This document shows, one piece after another, positions 36,810 through 43,381 of a DNA stretch of 43,381 nucleotides; the first letter of the stretch is position 1, and each line of letters begins with the position of its first letter. This DNA is from a virus. Taxonomy: Duplodnaviria; Caudoviricetes. The notes beneath the pieces were generated by a model. The model saw only the letters and a list, made by a program, of their open reading frames with translations. It was not told the DNA's origin and made no database searches. Location of the stretch: positions 1 through 43,381 of IMG/VR virus record IMGVR_UViG_3300023252_000165; one strand, written 5' to 3'. The position numbers and the translations under genes are program-made.

Positions 36810-37737
36810 TTAATTTTCCTCCTAGTTTTTCGATTAATGCGTCAACATAACGTGCTGGCATTTTCTCTAATTGCATATTCGATTTAAATTCCGCATCTGA
36901 AACAACCTTTGCCACCTCATCATCTGTGGAAGACAAAGTTCGGATTTTTTCAACATTGGCCACGCGTTCATTTTCTGCAGCTTCACGTCTAGCTCGTTCC
37001 TCTGCTTGTACATCAACGCCTAATTCAAGGTAACGATAAAGTTTTGAACCAATTTCATCAGTGATTAAAAATTCACCTTCAAACAAATTCGTAATATCTT
37101 TACTCACTCGCGCCATGTGGTCCATGCTAATAGAAAATACCGTGTCGAATTCATATTCCATATCATCTTTTTGAACTGGCTTCATACCAACCTTTTTCGG
37201 TACATTTTTACCTTCAACTAACTCAATGACGTAATCACTTTTTACTCGTAGTGTTGTAATCATGTGAACGTCTTGAGTAGTTAAACCTTTTGTTAGTTTG
37301 CTAGATTCAGGTGCAAGCTTGCCCCAATTTTGAAACGAGTTACCTTGCATACCACCATGCGTTTCAACCACACCGCCTTCTCCTTGCCATTGATGTGAAA
37401 GACTATCAATAATAATCACTTCACAACCTTGTTGCTTTAAGAGTTTAATAGCCATGTTATAGCGATCGGTATTAAAAGGTGGTTCAAAGTTGATATGCTT
37501 AAATGAACCGATTGTAATTCCGTTGTGAAGCTGACCGATATAAGTCAGCATCCGTTTATGCTCTGTGTCTGCTACGCCGATTTTCTTCCACACTTCTGCT
37601 TCTGGTAAATCAGGATGCGCTTCTTTCATCAGTCCGTATGCGAGTAGTAGTGAACTTAGTGACTTACCACTACCCGATGGACCTGCCATTCCTATTAAAG
37701 CCTTCTGCTTTTCGCGAATGCCATCAGTTACTTGCAT
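36802..37737 (-). CDS. AAA_24 family ATPase (Sak4-like recombinase)
   Basis: Walker A 'GPSGSGKS', 'IIIDSLSHQW', 'EYEFD'; start moved to ATG 37737. Confidence 0.88.
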   Translation of the reverse strand: MQVTDGIREKQKALIGMAGPSGSGKSLSSLLLAYGLMKEAHPDLPEAEVWKKIGVADTEHKRMLTYIGQLHNGITIGSFKHINFEPPFNTDRYNMAIKLLKQQGCEVIIIDSLSHQWQGEGGVVETHGGMQGNSFQNWGKLAPESSKLTKGLTTQDVHMITTLRVKSDYVIELVEGKNVPKKVGMKPVQKDDMEYEFDTVFSISMDHMARVSKDITNLFEGEFLITDEIGSKLYRYLELGVDVQAEERARREAAENERVANVEKIRTLSSTDDEVAKVVSDAEFKSNMQLEKMPARYVDALIEKLGGKLNV

Positions 37738-37758
37738 GCCTTCCACACTCCTTTTCTA

Positions 37759-38082
37759 TTAATATGGCAAGTCCTCATCAGGGACATCTTTTTTATCTGC
37801 AAATGGATCTTCGAAATCTGGCAAGTCTGTATTCACTTCTTCAATAGTTAATTGACCATCAGGAGCATCATCCTTTTCAGGACGCTTTTCCATTTCTTCC
37901 TTAGCGGTACTGTACGTACGCTCTAAATCCACTAGGTAATAAAAACCTTTTGAATTATGCTTTTCGTGGATTTTTTGCATCGTTAGCGCTTCATCCTGTT
38001 TAGCATCAGCAACGATTTCTTCTGCCTCTTTATGTGTATCTGCGTACCAACGTTCTTTTTGATTGAGTAATTTTTTAGCCAT
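37759..38082 (-). CDS. Hypothetical protein with acidic tail
   Basis: 107 aa; ends 'DEDLPY'; GGAGG RBS. Confidence 0.75.
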   Translation of the reverse strand: MAKKLLNQKERWYADTHKEAEEIVADAKQDEALTMQKIHEKHNSKGFYYLVDLERTYSTAKEEMEKRPEKDDAPDGQLTIEEVNTDLPDFEDPFADKKDVPDEDLPY

Positions 38083-38521
38083 TCGTTACCTCCGTAGGGA
38101 AATTTAATACTGCATTAGAACCCAATAATTCAATTGCCTTTTTATCGTAAGCTTCAGCTGCTGCCATTTCTGTTAAATGTGAACCGCACCAATGTTTTTT
38201 ACCTTTATGTTGAATCATGGCGTAATAACGTCCATCTTTTTTACAAACGCCACGATATTGACTTGTTGCACCACGTTGCTTTTTAACTTGATTAATGATT
38301 TTAAGAGGTACTTCTTTAATCACTTCTTTTTCGACCTCTACAACCTTTTCAACTTCGATTACTCTTGGTTCATCAACATAGATTTCTATATTGCCTTTTA
38401 ACAGTGATGTAGGATTGAAGAAGATGCCTTTCACATGGCGTCCGTCCGTATGTTTATTAATCTCTTGAACGACTTGTGCAACGGATAAACGACTGACCAA
38501 AATGTTTAATACCTTTGTCAT
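38075..38521 (-). CDS. AP2-domain DNA-binding protein
   Basis: 'TSQYRGV...YYAMI...AAEAYDKKAIELLGSNAVLNFP'. Confidence 0.88.
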   Translation of the reverse strand: MTKVLNILVSRLSVAQVVQEINKHTDGRHVKGIFFNPTSLLKGNIEIYVDEPRVIEVEKVVEVEKEVIKEVPLKIINQVKKQRGATSQYRGVCKKDGRYYAMIQHKGKKHWCGSHLTEMAAAEAYDKKAIELLGSNAVLNFPTEVTNG

Positions 38522-38532
38522 TACTAAACCCC

Positions 38533-39009
38533 CTATCGAATACTCAGTGATTGATTATCAACTAGTTGAGCACCTTCAATTTGCTCACCTGCTTTTAGTG
38601 CTTTAGCTAATTCTGCACGGCTGATTGTCTTCTCCACTTTGATAAACTGTGGAGGGATAGCAGCATCGTTTTCGATTTGTACTGACGTTGATTTACGGAA
38701 ACTGAATGTGAATTTTTCCGTTTTCACTCGGTTGCCTTCCACAGTTAATAAAGTATCTGTCACATTTTCTTTAATGCGTGCAATGTTACTTTCCATTGAT
38801 TTACGGCGATCAGCTAAACGTTTTTCCTCGGCTTTGATTCCTGCAATATCTGATTCAATGTTTTTCAATACCATTGCATAACCTTCTAACTTCTCACCGA
38901 TTTCACCATGAATTTGCGATAAGGCTAGTTCGAAACCTTCTGCATTGTTTTCTTCAATGAAATTTTGAAGCATTTTGTATTGGTCTGTTAATTCGTAAAG
39001 AGTAGCCAC
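38533..39009 (-). CDS. Siphovirus Gp157-family protein
   Basis: 'LYELT', 'IKAEEKRLADRRKS', 'LKAGEQIEGAQL'. Confidence 0.9.
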   Translation of the reverse strand: MATLYELTDQYKMLQNFIEENNAEGFELALSQIHGEIGEKLEGYAMVLKNIESDIAGIKAEEKRLADRRKSMESNIARIKENVTDTLLTVEGNRVKTEKFTFSFRKSTSVQIENDAAIPPQFIKVEKTISRAELAKALKAGEQIEGAQLVDNQSLSIR

Positions 39010-39188
39010 TATTCATCCTCCTGTGGTACAATACCAGTGTCATTTAATAATTTTTTACGCTCGCCATTGGTTCCCGCCTTTGACGAGTTTTTTTGTGCCT
39101 CGATTTGGGCATTCTCTGCATCTTCGATGTCTTGCCAGTAATCTGATTCTCTGTCGTATACATCAGCGTGTGTATGGCCTATACGCAT
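39009..39188 (-). CDS. 59-aa hypothetical protein; not in ORF track
   Basis: AGGTAGGTG RBS; MRIGHTHADVYDRESDYWQDIEDAEN...PQEDE; stop overlaps Gp157 start. Confidence 0.6.
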   Translation of the reverse strand: MRIGHTHADVYDRESDYWQDIEDAENAQIEAQKNSSKAGTNGERKKLLNDTGIVPQEDE

Positions 39189-39196
39189 GGAATCAC

Positions 39197-39388
39197 CTAC
39201 CTTAATACATATAAAGCAGCTTCGGCTTCATTTTGAATTTCATTTATTAAGTCATACAGATCATCCTTCACTTCAATTGATTCAGCCCCATCTGCAAGCT
39301 TTATTATTTCTTCTAACTTGCTTTCTATTTCACTAATCCAATTTTCAGCTTGGGAAATCGCATCTTTTAAATCTCTTGTTCTATACAT
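39197..39388 (-). CDS. Hypothetical protein
   Basis: 63 aa helical; GAGGGGAG RBS. Confidence 0.7.
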   Translation of the reverse strand: MYRTRDLKDAISQAENWISEIESKLEEIIKLADGAESIEVKDDLYDLINEIQNEAEAALYVLR

Positions 39389-39402
39389 TTACTCATCTCC
39401 CC

Positions 39403-39546
39403 TCAATTATCAGCAGCACGTTTAACCGCCAATATTTTAAGCAACGTTGTATACAACACTTCACTTAGCGGTTGTCCATCAATACTGTGGATGTCCAATT
39501 TTTTCAACTGTTCAATGACTGCATTACGCTGTAATTGCTTACGCAT
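39403..39546 (-). CDS. 47-aa FbpA-like small basic protein; not in ORF track
   Basis: MRKQLQRNAVIEQLKKLDIHSIDGQPLSEVLYTTLLKILAVKRAADN; GGAGG upstream. Confidence 0.65.
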   Translation of the reverse strand: MRKQLQRNAVIEQLKKLDIHSIDGQPLSEVLYTTLLKILAVKRAADN

Positions 39547-39958
39547 AGTTGTCACGTTTCACAACCTCCAGTGCTGATTCAACACCATCAATGTAATCAC
39601 TATGTTCCTTGTATTCTTTCACTAGATTAGGAAGTGCACTGTCACCAAACGGAAGTCCGTTATGAACCAAAACCTCCTGGATAATTTGTTCTCCTAAGTC
39701 CTTTAGATGGTCCCGCGAATCTACAAGGAGCTGGCTTAGGTCATCCACAATCCTCTTATTAGCATTAGGAAATTCGAGCGCTTCATTTAAATCCATAACG
39801 CTTGCATTTTCGGGGATATAACAAGCATGCTTGTTGTCGTAATGAGTTGTAACTTTACCGTCATTATCTAAAGTTTGAACGCTTGTTACCTGGCTTTCAT
39901 GGATATTAAGACCAACAACTGATAATTTTGTACCTTTAACATTCAACACTGCTTTCAT
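39539..39958 (-). CDS. Hypothetical protein
   Basis: 139 aa; AAGGAGG RBS. Confidence 0.8.
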   Translation of the reverse strand: MKAVLNVKGTKLSVVGLNIHESQVTSVQTLDNDGKVTTHYDNKHACYIPENASVMDLNEALEFPNANKRIVDDLSQLLVDSRDHLKDLGEQIIQEVLVHNGLPFGDSALPNLVKEYKEHSDYIDGVESALEVVKRDNYA

Positions 39959-40019
39959 TTTTATTCCTCCTTATATTTCCTTTCTGTTAAACTATTGGTA
40001 GAAAGGTAGGTGATACATA

Positions 40020-40181
40020 ATGAATTTAAGAGAAGCTAATTTCCCATTTAATGAGGAAACAGAATTAACTATGCTTTACTTAGAAAAACAAGATTTATCT
40101 GATTTAAGCCCGTCGCAACTAGTTGAAAAATACTTCGCAGTTTACGCGGAGATTAGAGAAAAACTACATGAAACTTATTAA
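40020..40181 (+). CDS. 53-aa protein antisense to the early operon; not in ORF track
   Basis: GAAAGGTAGGTG RBS; MNLREANFPFNEETELTMLYLEKQDLSDLSPSQLVEKYFAVYAEIREKLHETY. Confidence 0.7.
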   Translation: MNLREANFPFNEETELTMLYLEKQDLSDLSPSQLVEKYFAVYAEIREKLHETY

Positions 40182-40333
40182 CAGCTTTTTAGTGCTTTAA
40201 AAATTTTTACCATCGCACTACTAATCATAGGTAATTCTGTTACATTAGATTTTTCTGAACGCTCTGCTAACAGTTCCAGCTGTTGGCGGAGTATTTCTTC
40301 GTTAGTAAGCTTTTTATTGTCTTCCACACTCAT
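40178..40333 (-). CDS. 51-aa hypothetical protein; not in ORF track
   Basis: GAAAGGAG RBS; MSVEDNKKLTNEEILRQQLELLAERS...KALKSC. Confidence 0.7.
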   Translation of the reverse strand: MSVEDNKKLTNEEILRQQLELLAERSEKSNVTELPMISSAMVKIFKALKSC

Positions 40334-40360
40334 TCACTCTCCTTTCATAGATTGATAGTT

Positions 40361-40462
40361 TTATTTGTAACGCACTGCTACAGCTTTATTAATTGCGTTG
40401 CTAATCAAAGCTAATCGTTGCTCAATCGGTAATGCTAACCATTGTGCTACTTTGATTTTCAT
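40361..40462 (-). CDS. 33-aa hypothetical protein; not in ORF track
   Basis: AGGTGA RBS; MKIKVAQWLALPIEQRLALISNAINKAVAVRYK. Confidence 0.55.
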   Translation of the reverse strand: MKIKVAQWLALPIEQRLALISNAINKAVAVRYK

Positions 40463-40684
40463 TTAACTCACCTGACTTTCAATAGATTTCACGTTGTATG
40501 GATCCGTTAAATCTTTACCTGTATTGCGAACCATAAAGTTATCAAGTTCTATAGTAGAAACTTTCATTCTTCCTAATTTAAGACCCTGCAACATTCCACT
40601 TTTAATCAATTCGTATACTTTGTTTCTATTGCATTTAAGCCTTTTCGCTACTTCGGCAACCTCTAAAAGCTCATTCAAGATCAA
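40463..40684 (-). CDS. Excisionase-like HTH_17 protein
   Basis: 'LLEVAEVAKRLKCNRNKVYELIKSGML'. Confidence 0.85.
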   Translation of the reverse strand: MILNELLEVAEVAKRLKCNRNKVYELIKSGMLQGLKLGRMKVSTIELDNFMVRNTGKDLTDPYNVKSIESQVS

Positions 40685-40695
40685 TCACCTCTTTG

Positions 40696-40878
40696 TTAAA
40701 TGCTCAGTATTTTACGGATATGCTTTACATGCTCCTGGGCTTTCGGGCCATCCTTTCGACCTCGGATAATATCCGATAAATACGCATTAGATATACCAAC
40801 CATTTCTGCTAATTCCTTTTGACTCATTTTTCTTTTAAACAGTTCAGAACGAACTTGTACTCCTAAATATTCTGGCAT
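40696..40878 (-). CDS. Cro-like XRE regulator
   Basis: 'MSQKELAEMVGISNAYLSDIIRGRK'; divergent from repressor. Confidence 0.88.
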   Translation of the reverse strand: MPEYLGVQVRSELFKRKMSQKELAEMVGISNAYLSDIIRGRKDGPKAQEHVKHIRKILSI

Positions 40879-40978
40879 AATGACACCTCGTTTCGTTAAA
40901 AATCATACCGTCATCGGCTCGGTATAACAGCGCTTTACTGAATTGGAAAATATTAAGCTAAATTATTTGCTAATATCG

Positions 40979-41189
40979 TTGACCCCAAATGACTTTTTTG
41001 CTATTATAAACCCATAGCTAAATAAGACTTTAAAAAGCCTGTAAACATTACACTTCATCCGTTCCCCAACGTTAAAATGTGTTTTGATAGGTTGTCTTTT
41101 TTGTACTCTTTTTAGCCAATAAATTAGCTTATGAACACAGTATAATGACTTTAAAGTTAGTTGTCAATCTATTAATGACTAAAAAGTTA
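40979..41189. promoter_or_regulatory. Genetic switch: face-to-face SigA promoters and three TGACT-N4-(A/T)GYTA operators
   Basis: + strand TTGACC(40979)-17-TATTAT; - strand TTGACA(41167)-17-TATACT; operators at 40990-41003, 41146-41159, 41176-41189. Confidence 0.7.
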
Positions 41190-41225
41190 ATATTGTTTGA
41201 TAAGCCTTGCGAAAGGTTGATATAA

Positions 41226-41651
41226 GTGAGTTTAGTGAAAAGAATAAAAATACTTTGCGATGAGAAAAAAGTAACTTTCGCAGAAGTAGAAAGAGAAATA
41301 AGCATCTCAAATGGTCAGATAAGAAGATGGGATAATGTATCACCTAAAAGTGAAACACTTCAAAAAGTTGCTGACTACTTCGATGTTAGTACTGATTATT
41401 TATTAGGTCGTACTGACAAGAAGCGTTACTACGATTTAACAGATAAAGACGAACTTTCTATCCAAAGAGAACTTAAAAAAATAATTAATGGTGAAGACGT
41501 AGACAATGCGTTTGCTGCTTTTGACGGAAGAATTTTAGATGAATTAGATGAAGAAGATAGAGAGTTGCTTATTGCATCGTGGGAAAATACTTTACGATTA
41601 ACCAAAAGAATGGCTAAACAGAAATTTACACCTAAAAAATATAGAGATTAA
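41226..41651 (+). CDS. CI/ImmR-like repressor
   Basis: XRE HTH 'KVADYFDVSTDYLLGRT'; C-terminal 'AKQKFTPKKYR'. Confidence 0.92.
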   Translation: MSLVKRIKILCDEKKVTFAEVEREISISNGQIRRWDNVSPKSETLQKVADYFDVSTDYLLGRTDKKRYYDLTDKDELSIQRELKKIINGEDVDNAFAAFDGRILDELDEEDRELLIASWENTLRLTKRMAKQKFTPKKYRD

Positions 41652-41668
41652 AGTACGGTGGTGTTTTA

Positions 41669-42121
41669 ATGGATATCAAAAAAGTTGTTGAACAATTAGT
41701 AAAAAAATATGGTACAAGTGATCCTTTTGAATTGGCTGAACTGCTCGGGGTAGTTGTTGTATCTGAATCATTAGGTTCAATATACGGCTATTACAGTAAA
41801 TCTCACCGTACTAAAGTCATTCACATTAACGAGAATTTACCTTATGAGCAACAGTATTATACTTGTGCCCATGAACTTGGACATGTTATTAAACATCCAG
41901 AAGCGAATACCGCTTTTTTGAAAAAGCACACACTATTTTCAACTGACAAAATTGAAATCGAAGCTAATACATTTGCTGTTGAGTTATTGCTACCTGATGA
42001 ATTATTTAAAGAACAAGGTTTTTGTTCTGCTTTTACCATCTACGATGTTATAGAAGAAAAGGGAGTTCCACTTGAACTATTACATTTAAAAACTGTAGAT
42101 GGTAAAAAAATTTTACCCTAA
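41669..42121 (+). CDS. immA: ImmA/IrrE-family metallopeptidase (anti-repressor)
   Basis: 'CAHELGH' zincin motif and 'EIEANTFA'. Confidence 0.92.
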   Translation: MDIKKVVEQLVKKYGTSDPFELAELLGVVVVSESLGSIYGYYSKSHRTKVIHINENLPYEQQYYTCAHELGHVIKHPEANTAFLKKHTLFSTDKIEIEANTFAVELLLPDELFKEQGFCSAFTIYDVIEEKGVPLELLHLKTVDGKKILP

Positions 42122-42123
42122 GA

Positions 42124-42137
42124 AGAACAAACATTCC
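42124..42137 (+). promoter_or_regulatory. Possible LexA box upstream of integrase
   Basis: AGAACAAACATTCC (GAAC-N4-ATTC, one core mismatch). Confidence 0.4.
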
Positions 42138-42199
42138 CATTAAAGGTGGTGATTAATAAAAGTGTTAAATATTTTAATAAATTTGGAAGGAGAAAGTCT

Positions 42200-43381
42200 A
42201 TGCAAGGTGGCGTAAGAAAACGAGGAAACAAATGGTATTACTATTTTGAATTAGGATTAATCGATGGTAAGCGAAAAAAAATCGAGCGGACTGCTGAAGG
42301 TGCTCAAACAAAAGCTGAAGCAGAATCTGTATTAAGAAGAAAAATATTAGAGTATGAAAATGCAGGCACTGTTTTTAAACCATCCGAAATGACACTTCAT
42401 GATTTTTTAATGTTTTGGCAAATTGAATATGTACAATTAAGGTTAAAACCAAATACGCAAGACAATTACCGCATAACAATCAAAAATCATATATTACCAC
42501 ATATCGGAAAATACAAATTAAAATCGCTTACTCCGCACGTATTACAACAGTTTTTAAACATGAAAGTACGTGAAGGGTTGGCAAGACAAACAGTAAGTAT
42601 AATACAGGGAATATTAAATAAATCATTGAAGCAAGCTGTGTATCCATTTAAATATATTAATGAAAATCCGATGCAATATGTTGAATTATTAAAAGATAAG
42701 GAACGTAAACCAACTAAGGATGATTTAAAAATACAACCAAAAGAAAATTTAAGATTAATGAACGAAAGTATAACAGAAGATCATCCATTCTATTTACCAT
42801 TTCATATTGGCTTTCATTGCGGAGTTCGAGTAGGAGAATTATGTGGGCTTGAATGGAAACATATTAATTTTGATGAAATGACAGTGGAAATTGAGCAGCA
42901 ATTAGTTAGTAAAAGAATTACTGATGAAAACGGAAAGGATTATTATAAATGGATTGTAGGTTCACCTAAAACTAAATCTGGCTATCGAACTATCCCAGTC
43001 GGAAAATCCTTAATGGAGATATTAAAAAAAGCAAAAAAGAAACAAATTGCAAATCGATTAAAGTATGGAGAATTTTATCGCCAAGATCCTGATCATGATT
43101 TTGTTTGCAAAAAAGAAAATGGAGAACATTACACACCCGCTGTAATAAAGTATCAAACAAGAGAGTTGATTACAAACAAACTTGGCATCGCTTTTAATTA
43201 TCACTCTTTAAGACATACCCATGCAACGATGTTAATTGAAAGTGGACAACCAATAAAAACAGTACAAAAAAGATTAGGACACAGCAGATCAGCAATTACT
43301 GAAGACCGCTATGTCCATTTAACTCAAAAGATGGCCAGGGATGCTGCCGATATTTTTGATTCCATCGCAAGAGATTTATAA
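42200..43381 (+). CDS. int: Tyrosine integrase
   Basis: 'GVRVGELCGL', 'HSLRHTHAT', 'LGHS...DRYVH'; start moved to ATG 42200 (GGAAGGAG RBS). Confidence 0.97.
   Translation: MQGGVRKRGNKWYYYFELGLIDGKRKKIERTAEGAQTKAEAESVLRRKILEYENAGTVFKPSEMTLHDFLMFWQIEYVQLRLKPNTQDNYRITIKNHILPHIGKYKLKSLTPHVLQQFLNMKVREGLARQTVSIIQGILNKSLKQAVYPFKYINENPMQYVELLKDKERKPTKDDLKIQPKENLRLMNESITEDHPFYLPFHIGFHCGVRVGELCGLEWKHINFDEMTVEIEQQLVSKRITDENGKDYYKWIVGSPKTKSGYRTIPVGKSLMEILKKAKKKQIANRLKYGEFYRQDPDHDFVCKKENGEHYTPAVIKYQTRELITNKLGIAFNYHSLRHTHATMLIESGQPIKTVQKRLGHSRSAITEDRYVHLTQKMARDAADIFDSIARDL

Larger units (their letters stand above)
1..43381. mobile_element. Temperate siphovirus prophage (cos-type, HK97-like head) of a Bacillales host
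   Basis: Complete lysogeny, replication, packaging, head, tail and lysis modules in canonical order; att sites not visible inside the window. Confidence 0.96.

Noticed and set aside
1-43381. attL/attR, tRNA genes, CRISPR array, arbitrium (aimR/aimP) or Rap/Phr genes
   Set aside because: None found by eye; the window ends at gene boundaries so att sites probably lie outside; no TPR receptor-peptide pair seen

Overview
The whole 43.4-kb window is an apparently intact temperate siphovirus prophage of a low-GC Bacillales host; a Lysinibacillus-like host is my inference from protein style. Most genes are on the minus strand. From right to left it contains: tyrosine integrase, ImmA-type protease and CI repressor (+ strand); cro/excisionase and small early genes; a Gp157/AAA_24/DUF669/primase-D5 helicase replication module with an iteron-like origin; ERCC4 nuclease, MazG-like protein and an orphan N4C/N6A methyltransferase; a RinA-type late activator followed by an array of moron genes; HNH, cos region, terminase, portal, ClpP-type protease and HK97-type capsid; tail genes with a lambda-type GGGAAAG -1 frameshift; tape measure, Dit, Tal and receptor-binding protein; holin and M15 endolysin. 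The left 6.5 kb is a dense cargo region. It holds a HEPN-type protein, a Rep-like HTH protein opposite an XRE with five operator copies, a lipoprotein, an unannotated type-I toxin-antitoxin-like locus (48-aa peptide, antisense RNA, 2-TM protein, HTH), a LexA-box WYL/YhjD operon, a perfect 20-bp-arm palindrome, a secreted bacteriocin-like protein and two ATT-start ORFs. The 10-mer GCCYTCCACA occurs at least 17 times across the window. No att sites, tRNAs, CRISPR array or reverse transcriptase were seen. All family assignments come from motif recognition by eye, not database searches.
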